From: Psilocybe cubensis
Lineage: Eukaryota
DNA length: 64,000 nucleotides
Direction of reading: 5' to 3'
NCBI GenBank assembly: GCA_017499595.2
Contig: CM039006.1
Span: 1,922,001 to 1,986,000 of the forward strand
Made by a program: the position numbers and the translations under genes. The stretch's first letter is position 1; the number at the start of each line of letters is the position of its first letter. The notes beneath the pieces are model-generated. The model saw only the letters and a list, made by a program, of their open reading frames with translations. It ran no database searches and had not been told where the DNA came from. Positions 10,597-21,002 of the stretch are shown one piece after another.

Positions 10597-12307
10597 ATTT
10601 ATAGCAGCCATTTCCCAATAATCACACACTTTGGAAATACTAACACAATAAAATTTGATTGACTACAATGGAGGGTACATAGAAACGAGTACAGATGACG
10701 ATAATGGTCAACCAGACCCTGGGAGACTCCGTGTGACCAGGTCACAATAACTCGTGTGATTTGAGATCTGGATCTGGATGTGTCACAGTGAGTCATGGTA
10801 AGCAAAATGCAAAATGTATGCGCATTTGATGCGCATATACTCACAATTAATTCAACATGCATGTCCGTAAGACTGTAATCTATACTTGATGGAAAGATGT
10901 ATCAAAGTCGAAGGAGGAGCAAAGACATAAAAGAAATTGTCAGTTGGGTTGCACTGGCAGTTGGGGATAATTGATTTACCTTGTGAGTTTAACTTTCAGG
11001 CCTATGTCATGTGCATGGGACACCAGAAGATTGTGTTGTCAGAACCAGGAGACATGAGAGTGAGGAAAGAAAGGAATTCGGGGCATGTCTCGAGTTATTA
11101 TACACATAACATTGATTCAATCTCCGACTTAATTTGTAATCAGACCTGGGAGGCTCTTTGTCGATGGCTAGACAGAAACGGTGGACTTTGCCTTAAATTG
11201 ACATTGTGCGATGATACTGTGAATAAATTTTTACATTGAAAAATCATTTTTTGCGCACTCTAAGGCCGGTAATCATTTGAGTGTATGTCAAGTTGAACTC
11301 AAGCTTTTCTTTTTCTTTTTATTTATGATCAATCATTCACTCTAAGTTCTATGGCAAACCAATAATTGAGAAATAAGTGTAAGTATGTGAAATATTTAGT
11401 AATAACTTTTGGGCTCTACAAATGTTTTTGGAGCCTCCAAATGCCTTCTAAATGTTTTGGGTGCCTCCAAATTTTACCCAAATGTTTTGTGTGACATAAT
11501 TATGTCACATGAATCATTGGCCTTCCTTAAAAGGCAGCAAAGGCATTTTGGGACTTGGTCACTTTTGCCGATGTCCATGGGAGTCGAAAGGTCATTAATC
11601 GCCATGATACTCACACGCCAAAGACATAGCAAGTCATTGGCCGCTTATACAGTATAACAACGCAGAATGTGAACATCTTTGCGCGGGTAACTCTCTAAAA
11701 GAATTGGAGTAGGGGGGTCAACTTTCATCAAATCACCCCACATGATACTAATACTGTTAATCCAGCATTAGAGCCTCGAATACATGAGATGTGTACAACA
11801 TCTGGCTTCCAAAACTTAGTCGTGTAAATACCGCAGATTACCGCAAACATGATGGGTCTGTCAACTTATACGACTCCATATAATCTAAACATTGGATACG
11901 TTACATGATGTCATTTCTGGCTATAATCGCAACCTTGTCGAGTATCCCCGGCGCCTAACGGTCGGCGTCTCAATGTGTGCTAAATATAGGCACAGGAGGT
12001 GCTATTAATATTCAAGCTTCAAGCCTCACTAGTATACAACGTTAGAGAGCACTGTAGAACCGAATATTGAAATGAGAACAGAGAATAGTACGCCTTCCGA
12101 TGTTCGTTGAATGAATATCAGGATTCTAAGATCCCTCTTTTAAAAGTTTTGTTTGGCTGCATCTAATCTATTATCTAATCAGACGTTGATCGCAACGAGT
12201 CATATTTGTCAGCCATCCCCTATTTGGCTTTGCTTTGGTTGCTCAAGTTCAGCGACACACTATCCTTCTTTTTCTTTTCCTTTCATCCTGCACACTCAGG
12301 CCGCCAT

Positions 12308-12868
12308 ATGATAACGCCTCCAGCGACTCCAGTAAAACATTTTAAAACTTCCGGACCTCAACTTCATGAACGTCGTTGATTTGTTGACTCAGAGAAAATC
12401 AAAGAATATGAAGGCCTTTTAAAGGAGCATACTAACGGCAAGCAAGCTGTCCTTCATAACGAAGCCAAACCCGAAGGATATACACCGATAAACAGAGTAC
12501 ACTTGGAGGGTGACTCTATATGGGATGAGTCAAAGTGGGGGCGGTCGTACTTATCACAGTTTGTAAGACTCATTCTATTCTTTGGAATTGCAGATGTTGA
12601 GCTATTTAATCTGTGCAGGCACAAATAAGGAAGAATAAAGCACAAACTTGTTACTTCGTAGGTCTTTCATGGTTAAATTTTGAGTTTCTATAATTATTGA
12701 AAGAAATCCTCTGCCCCTTCAGCTCACTGCTTTCGAACTGGAGGACCTCTGTTGGGTGCAAGGGATACATTTCAATGCCGACAAGGGATGGAATCCTCCA
12801 CATCTTTATCTGGAGAGGCAGGTTGAACGCCGTGCATGGGAGAAGTACGGTGGGCCTGCAGGTTACAA
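12308..12868 (+). pseudogene. XPA-C-like small-protein gene X1, 5' part, disrupted by the KDZ insertion and an early TGA
   Basis: Encodes SIWDESKW...LEDLCW...YLERQVERRAWEKYGGPAGY, matching paralogs at 41840 and 43453; in-frame TGA at 12377-12379. Confidence 0.75.
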
Positions 12869-13186
12869 CACATAAGACAGTTTATTTATAACGTACATTA
12901 CCTAAGATTTAATAATAAGGATATTACGTGAGACACGGTGGATTTACTTCCGCTACCTAATTAGGAGATTAGCATGATGTACGTGTGATTTAGCCTGGCA
13001 AATCATAGCGTACATGACGTGCCATTTAGCGCTAAATGGAGCCGCCGGGTGGCCTGCGGGATCCGCGCGTCTACCTACACGGAAGAAACACGGGCCGGAA
13101 ATGAGCCGGACGGGTCCATTTGCATCCCGTGTATTGCAAGCAGACGGATCCGCTTGACCCGTGTTGTGCTGTCAGACGGACCCATT
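12869..13186 (+). repeat. Left terminal inverted repeat (318 bp, starts CACATAAGAC)
   Basis: Reverse complement of 39713-40030 except 12974 A versus G. Confidence 0.95.
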
Positions 13187-13264
13187 TGACCCGTATCTTC
13201 CCAGAGAGGGAGGGATATTTGAGAGGTATTGCGAATCAATGAGCACAAGGGCTCCAAAAATAAT

Positions 13265-14733
13265 TTATTCATCTCTACCGGTATACAAATGCTTTTCCAA
13301 ACTCGATTCAATCCCTGCCAGCCCAGCGTCAATTTCCTCCAGCGCATTATAAGTCAGAATTTCTGACTGCAGCTGATGCAGGCGGAGGTTCTTAAACGTT
13401 GTGACCTTGCTGTCATAACTATTGTCGCCGACGGAACTGTCAATTATTTGGTCGTATGTTGCCCGTAGCTGCTGCTCGGTATAATTCTAAAATAGTTGTC
13501 AGTATCTAGTGCTTGGTAATATCTAAGTGCATACATATAGAAAAGGAGGGTTAAAATATGCCGTCTGATCTGTCACATCCTCGAACTCAATGTCAGACTG
13601 GGTGGGAGGCGAACCGGGGTAGCCGCCCATGGGATCAAACCTGCCGTAGGTTCGAAAATAAGGGTTTTGAAGGAGCAGGTGGCATGCTTCAGGGGGTGGA
13701 GAATAGCGACCTTGCTTCCTCTCAGAGGAAATAGCTGGACGAGAGTCCATAATGATTTTGTCGACGACAGACGTGTATGAAACATGTGCTGCCATCAACG
13801 GCAGAGCCACATCATCCCGGATGACAGGCATAGGTGGAGGATCCAGGGTATCTGGAATAACAGGCATAGGGGGAGGAGCCAGGGTAGGTGGAATGACAGG
13901 CATAGGGGGAGGAGCTAGGTTATCTGGAATGATTGGCATTGGCGGCGGAGCCGTGTCGTTCCGGATGACAGGCATTGGCGGCGGAGCCGTGTCGTTCCGG
14001 ATGACAGGCATTGGCGGCGGAGCCGTGTCGTTCCGGATGACAGGCATTGGCGGCGGAGCCGTGTCATTCCGGATGACTGGCATAGGGGGTGGAGCCAGGT
14101 TAGCTGGAATGACAGGCATAGGGGGTGGAGCCAGGTTAGCTGGAATGACAGGCATAGGGGGTGGAGCCAGGTTAGCTGGAATGACAGGCATAGGGGGTGG
14201 AGCCAGGTTAGCTGGAATTACTGGCATTGGCGGCGGAGCCAGGTTAGCTGGAATTACTGGCATTGGCGGCGGAGCCAGGTCTTTCCGGATGACTGGCATA
14301 GGGGGCGGAGCCAGGTTAGATGAAATGACTGGCATAGGGGGAGGAGCCAGGTTATCTGGAATAACAGGCATAGGGGGTGGAGCCAGGTTATCTGGAATGA
14401 CTGGCATTGGCGGCGGAGCCAGGTCATCCGTCCTTGCTGTGCGTTTGCTTTCCTTAGAGTTGCTAATATTTGAAGACATTGCTGATGCTCAGAAATCAAT
14501 TAAAATTTACTTGAATTAATGCCATTAGTCTTACATTTTATAGGTTTTACGGGAGGAGGTTCCTTCAGTTTTTCAAGAAGCCTGGTAAGATTGTTGAGAC
14601 TGGTGTAGTCAATGGGGGAATTTTTGCTAGAGGTGGGAATAAAGTTGTAGGAGGACATACAGTCCAGAAAGTGCAACTGGGTGGGCTTGTTTATATATCT
14701 CACGGAATACAATACTATCCGAGGATTCTCCAT
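13265..14733 (-). CDS. KDZ cargo: proline-rich tandem-repeat protein of unknown function (multi-exon; start uncertain)
   Basis: ORFs 14500..14733 and 13523..14479 plus a last exon ...LEKHLYTGRDE* ending at 13265; 17 x 12-aa xxxAPPPMPVIx units. Confidence 0.6.
13817..14428 (-). repeat. Coding minisatellite, 17 x 36 bp
   Basis: Head-to-tail 36-nt units with blocks of sub-variants (ANL x5, NDT x4). Confidence 0.95.
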
Positions 14734-14962
14734 GACACGGAAATAGATTCACCCGTGTATCGAACTTAGCAACTTTTGCACAAACTGGATCTGGTGAAGA
14801 AATCACATGACTCAGATTGTACATGTTTGTGTATGGTTTTGTTTTGCGGGACCGCTTTTTTTTAGACTTTTTTTAGACTAACTCCAACCACGATCACCAC
14901 CCCACGTTCTACCGTGCCTCACCCATTAACGCGTCTTCCCCCCCAAAAAAAACGCTTTCCCA

Positions 14963-17534
14963 ATGGCCTCTTCATCTTCCACCACCGCCACCTTCGCCCA
15001 ACGCCTTGCTGACTGGGAAAAAACCTTTACAGAGTGCTACCGCAATGGCGAAAGCGCGTTCAACGCTCAGTTGGAGCAGCTCTACAGGGACTTGGTGAGT
15101 AATCAATATCCCTTGAGCATAAGACTTACTGAACAAAAAAAATTCATCCAAATAGGTTCCACTGTGTCAAGAACACGTCAGGGACGCGGCCAACTTCCGC
15201 CTCGTGGATTATGTCGCAAGCCCTGTCGTGTATTCATACAAGACCAGCCAGGGCAAGGACGGCAAGCAGGTAGCAAGGTTCGAGGTCGACTGGGCAAATT
15301 TGCATCATCAAGTCGCAAATTTCAAGGCATACCAGCAAGGCCAGGAGGCACAGAGGAAGAGGAGGGAGGAGGAAGAGCAAGAGAAGAGGAGGGAGAAGGA
15401 GGAGCAAGAGGAGGAGGAGAGGCAGAGGGTGGAGGAGAGGAGGAAGAGGGAGGTGAGGAGGAAGAGGGAGGAGAAGAAGAAGAGGGAGGAGGAAGAGGAG
15501 AGGCAGAGGGAGGAGGAGGAGGAGAGGCAGAGGGAGGAGGAAAGGAGGAAGAGGGAGGAAGAGAAGCAGAAGGTGGAGGAGAGGAGAAAGGATGAGAGGA
15601 GGAAGAGGGAGCAGGAGAGGAGGACCAGGGAGCAGGAGAAGCAGAAGGCGGAGGAGAGGAGGAAGAGGGAGCAGGAGCAGGAGCAGGAGCAGGAGACAGA
15701 CGAGGAGAGGAACAAGGAGGAGACGGAGAAGAGACGGGCCGAGAAGGGCAAGGGCAAGGCAGTCGAACCCCCGGTGGAAGACGGACCCGTGACAGACGCC
15801 CACAAAGACAAGGGCAAACGGAAAGCGGCGGACCCCGTGGAGTCCATTCAGTTGGCTCCAGCGGATTACAGGGGCCCACGGACAAAGAAGGGGGAAATTA
15901 TTCCCCACATTACCGCCTCCAACATGCCCGGTCACCCAGCGTACAGGGAGAAGCTGGAAAGATTGGCAAAGTCCAAGCAGGGGAAATTCAGGAGCAAGGC
16001 GATCATAGGAAGCCACACGAACGAAGACGCGGACGCGGACGTCGACGAGGACGACGAAGGCGATAACAAAGGGGCACCGCCTACCACCCCCACTGCCACC
16101 CCCACCCGGAAGATGCGCACGCGTTCCGTAAAGAAGGACACCGAGGACGATGTCCCCCCCATCAGGAAGGCGCGGTTGAGATCCCAGAAAGTGCGCCAGG
16201 TGCCAGAGGGGATGGTGGACATGGTGGAAAGGTGCACGGCATGCATCAAATTCAAGGTGCCATGCTATGTCAAGGGGGAGACAGGCACTGAGCCTCTCGT
16301 CCCCGTGAAGCACCAATCTTGCGAGTCTTGCAAGTCTCGCAAGATCCACTGCAGCTTCTACCCGGGGCGCAACACCTTCGTGGGTCAATTTTTGACGACG
16401 CCACTGGGAAGCTATGGGGAGGCGTTGAAGTTGGAGGAGGGAGAAGATGTTCCGGCGAAGGGGAAGGCCGGGGAAGGGTCGTTCCCCGAGGATGTGGGAG
16501 AACTGCTTGTGCAGCTCTTTGAGCGCCAAGGCAGAATCATGGAACGGCTGGACGGGTTATCCGCGTCCATGACGGCGATTAATGCACGGATTGCGACGTT
16601 TGCCGAGACAAACTTGGCGGTGGAGAACAGGATGAAGAGCATCGAGGACGGCATCCAAGAGGTGAAGGCCGAATGGACCATGGCCAAAGAACAAGTGGCA
16701 GGAAGCACCTCGCTTTCCGTCACGATGTTCAACGACATCACCAAGAGGATCAACCACGTCCGAGATGTGGTCGACGATTTGCTGGAGCAGGATGAACAAA
16801 GGAATCCCGCCCCCAAACAGGCAGCAGGACCCTCCAAGATGGAGGTCAAACAAGAATTGGGTCCGTCGCGGACCCGTGAACCCACCTCTGTGCCACAATC
16901 CCCAAGCGCACCACCACCGCCAGCACCCCTCCCTTCCCCACCTCCACCTCCAGCAGCACCCATTCTTCCTTCCCCTCCTCCACCACCGCCAGCACCTGTC
17001 CTCCCTTCCCCTCCCCCACCTCCACCCGCACCCGTCCTCCCTGCCGTGTCTGCGCCACCAACAGCGCTATTCTTGCCCGGTTCGACTCCGGAAGCGCCTT
17101 CGCCCCCCCCAGCTGGCCGACCCTCGCTCCCACCGGTACCGCCCATCCTTTCCCTGTCTCCACCACCCCCTCTCCCAGCTCCACGTCCTCGAAGTTTGAC
17201 GTCAAAGGCCGCACCGTTGTCAAAGGGTGCACCATCGTCAAAGGCCGCGCCATCGTCAAAGGCCGGCCCATCCTCAAAGGCTAAGCCATTGTCAAAGGCT
17301 AAGCCATCCTCCAAGGCTGGGCCATCCGGGAATGGACACTCATCGGAGTTGTCTGATCCCTCGGACAGCGACGAGGTTGAAATTGTGGAGGAGGAGGATG
17401 TTGAGATCGTGGCGTCCACGCTGCCCGCGTCGAACATAGCCACAAAGACAAGGGCTGGACGAAAGCGAAAGGCGGAAACGACTCTGGCTGAAGCATCGCG
17501 CTCGCCCAAAAAATCCAAGGCCCAAAAAAAGTAG
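14963..17534 (+). CDS. KDZ cargo: Zn(II)2Cys6-like protein with an E/R/K charged helix, coiled coil and Pro-rich tail (about 836 aa, 2 exons)
   Basis: Exon 14963-15094, GT-AG intron 15095-15155, exon 15156-17534 in frame; CTAC-x6-C-x18-CESC-x6-C; basic C-terminal NLS-like RKRK. Confidence 0.8.
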
Positions 17535-17812
17535 TGTATTTCAATTCTTTGTAACTTTTTTTTGGTCTCCTTTTTTGCCTGTCATATATTACATTGCTCA
17601 CATCCCTATACAATTTTTTCATCATTTGGACTGTATATAGTTTTTACTCTCATGTGCTCATCTGTTTTATACCTCTCCCAAAAAGTAGCACTTGATGATT
17701 TTTAATGAACCCCGCTTTCTGTTTTGATTTTGTGTGAAAACATGTTTGAGAAACATCAAGATAAGAATAAAAAGCATCACATTCAATAGGTATCATGAAT
17801 CTACTTCAACAG

Positions 17813-20123
17813 CTAGGCTTTCAAAGTCTTTTTTCTTTGTCTTTTACCTGCTACAGCAAGCAGACTTGCTTCCTGAAGTGCTAAGGCATCCGAAGTCACA
17901 TTCCTGCGGGCCCGTGTTTCATCCGTATCTGGACTTGTTACTGTCTCCACAAAGGCATCACAAGTCACGTCCCTGCCGGCCCGTGTATTATCCGTGTCTT
18001 GGGTTGTTCCTGTTTGGACTCCATCTTCTTCCACTGTGTCAAGTGGATCTGAGTAGGGCTTTGTTCTTTTCCTAGGTTGAATCCTTCTAGTTGGTTTTGG
18101 CTTAACTGGGGGGGGTACAGAACTCTCTTCATCGGGTCCGTCCATTTCCGCCGTTCCGACATATGGCTTTGTTCTTTTTCTTGGCATAATCTTTCTAGCT
18201 GGCTTGGGAGGCGCCTCCTCAACCTCTGGAGTTGGGCTGGATGATGGATTGACAATTGTTGGGCTGGATCTACTTGGTAGAGAGGGTGGCTCGCTAGATC
18301 TTGAAGGTGCGTCGGTAGGAGTCTCATCCGTCTCTGGCGTGACTTCAAATCTGGCAGTAGTGCGTGGCATCGCGGATGCCGGACTGCCCCGTCCATTATC
18401 AAACTCTGACAGATTGGATGATTCAGAGTCGCTTGAAGATTGGGTTTGAAGTCGTATAGCTTTTTGCCTCAGCCGACGTTTGGTTATGGCTGCAGGAGGT
18501 GGAGGTATCGGGTGGGCTTCTAGGCCGTCAAACAAGTTGGACGGATAGAGAGGTTCCATAATGTCATAGCCATTTCCAAAAACCTTTGAGAATTTAAAGG
18601 GGATGTCTCCTTGCGCTTGACGGTCCCTCCATAGCTTGAGAATTGCAGAAGTTGACTCCAGGCGGAGCCGGCTCGGATCCGTCACGGGGATTGAACTTGG
18701 CCAATACTCTGGATCAATCATTTCTGCAGAACGCCTTTCAAGAGCATCCCAAGGAACACTTGAACCAGGCCTATCCTTGGCTAAAGCTGTATACATAGTT
18801 AGCAAGTTTGTTGAGGACATAGACAAATTACACACCATAAACCTTGTTCATGTAAATTCTAATAATTGACTTTTGCGCATAAGCGACTTCTCTCCCAGTT
18901 GAGCCATAGATAGGACTAGGTATTATTGGAAATCCATTGCTGCTAAACTTGAGGGATTTTTCATGAAACGATGCATCTGGCAGTGCTGGATTGGCCACAC
19001 CCTTCTCTATTTCTGAAATGTGGACGAGGTATTGAACAAACGCTCTGCGAAAAGCGGCCAACTCGGATGGAAAGAGTTGCCCAAAGGAAGGAATTCTGAC
19101 ATCGTCGAGTGCTAGATCGCTTGTCTGGGTCCTTCAATGCCCATCAGTCAACATTAATACGGGCCAAATTATTCCGCCGTGAATGCTTACGGCGGAAACT
19201 TTATCCGCCGTAGGGTGTTTACGGCGGATAAAGTTTCCGCCGTAAGCATTCACGGCGGAACTTGTTCATGCCGTGTTTAACACTTACATTGAGTATTCGA
19301 TTTTACCCTCAATATCATAATGCCCCTCAAAGGTAATGGACCTCATACCCATTCTCTGCCACTTAAGTTTCTCCATTTGTCGAAGTATTTTTCTGCCTTG
19401 CCTGGCAGCAGTCCTGCAGATGTCAGATTGACGGCGGAAACAAGTTCCACCGACTCACTTTGCCTTCATTGATTTTGAAACACCTTTCTTATTCCATTCC
19501 TCGAGGATCTCCATGAACCTGTCCCGCTCCTCCTGAGTCAATCTGGCCTCAACCTGCTTACGTCCTTGTTGATAAAACTTCATCCAATCTTTACTTCCAC
19601 GAGCAGCATTCCCTGATAGAAGCGCAACCTCGGAGTCAATCTCTGCCGACTTCTCCTCACGGAATACCGTCTGAAAGGTTATACGGGAGTTCAATCCTTC
19701 CAATTTTACACCAATTCGATTTGACGCATGGTTTCTAAACCAATTAAAAATTCGCTATTGTGATGGTTTATGTGTGTAACAAAATTTTCAAAGAAACAAC
19801 GAGCTCACATGCTTCTTCACCTTCCATTCTTTGTGTAGTTGCTTATCTTCCTTCCTAGCACGTCTAGAGTATCTGTGATCCCATGTAGCTTGCAGCTCAG
19901 GTATGACAGTGTTCTGTATGTAGTCTGCTTTGGATGACTTTGATGTATCTTTGTAGGGCTGTACATGCTTTTTCAACACGCGCATTTCCTTTGTGGTCCA
20001 TATATTTGATTCTTCCGGCGGAAAGTCACCCTCCGCCGTCTGTCCGCTTCTGGGTCCGTTGTGGGTTGTGGCATTTGCGGTGGAAGGAAGCGGATCCGCG
20101 TCGGGGGATGCATTGGTGGGCAT
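17813..20123 (-). CDS. KDZ cargo: multi-exon HMG-box-like/helical DNA-binding protein
   Basis: Successive minus-strand ORFs 19788..20123, 19455..19703, 18828..19061, 17813..18838 joined by short introns; RIFNWFRN helix, LTQEERDRFMEILEEWNKKG HMG-like helix, VPW...IDPEYWP...DPSRL block. The domain call is inference. Confidence 0.6.
19172..19260. repeat. Perfect 41-bp inverted repeat with a 7-nt loop inside a predicted intron
   Basis: Arms 19172-19212 and 19220-19260 are exact reverse complements. Confidence 0.95.
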
Positions 20124-21002
20124 AATTGCAGCGATGTAACAAGTAGCTTATCGATGAGTATCTGTGTGATCTAGTCAAATCTCACGTCATACGGAGATAA
20201 AATAAGCTTCCGATCATACTAAATGAATGATGTGATGTCATATTTTTCCCAATCAGGTAATCCTGCTTCATCGTCGGCCACGATGATCAAAGCATGCTGG
20301 TCGCTGTCACATACATTGACCTCATGATTTTGCAATAGTTCCCTCTGCACTCAATCAATAAACATGAAATTTTGTAAACATTTAGCGCTTTATATAAAGA
20401 TAATCTTACAAGGTTTTAAATTCTTGTTAGATGGCTGTAAAGATACAGAAACACAAAATTCAAATTCACGTCTTCTCACCCAAAACTTGTGAAACCCAAA
20501 ACGGCAGTCATCTCAGAGACCATGAGAGGTATTCAAATGCATAATTTTTTTCAAAAAATATAATGATCCCAGTGAGCTCATTTTGACACATTTTCTAGTA
20601 TATTGAGAATATCTCCTTAAATACGAGGATTCACATTCTACAAAAAATGTCATTCGGTAGCTATTAAAAATATCTTTCATATGATATACGCCGGAGGAAT
20701 GAGGGGCCAGCCAGTGAAAAGATATTTCAAAAACACTCCAAAGTGTGGTTCTGAAAGGGTCGTTCTGCATCATATTGTACATTTATGATGGGATCACGTC
20801 CATTTTGTGCATCTCTGGATTAAGTTTTGTTCATAACATTTCACTCACTCATCCAAATATGCTGCAAGATAGATCATATGAAAGCTATTTTTCTCCTCTT
20901 TAAAACGGCATAATTGAGGGAAATTTATCTACAGAAATAAACATGTTATACTACATTTAGATCTGCGCTCACAGGCTGTCAGACTCTTTGTTTCCAACAT
21001 CC

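Noticed and set aside
13817-14428. 36-bp repeats as a CRISPR array
   Set aside because: Head-to-tail with no unique spacers, in-frame coding, eukaryotic context and no cas genes.
13523-14479. Repeat protein as a fungal RiPP (KEP/dikaritin) precursor processed by the nearby peptidases
   Set aside because: No signal peptide, no KR/RR sites between units, and it lies inside the transposon about 40 kb from the peptidases.
15355-15745. Purine-only GAG/AGG tract as a non-coding microsatellite or triplex element
   Set aside because: Explained as coding for the E/R/K charged helix of the Zn-cluster protein.
13752-17518. Long antisense or alternative-frame ORFs (13752..14519 +, 15234..16529 -, 16412..17518 -, tail of 14963..15595)
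   Set aside because: Shadows of low-complexity or repetitive coding sequence on the other strand or frame.
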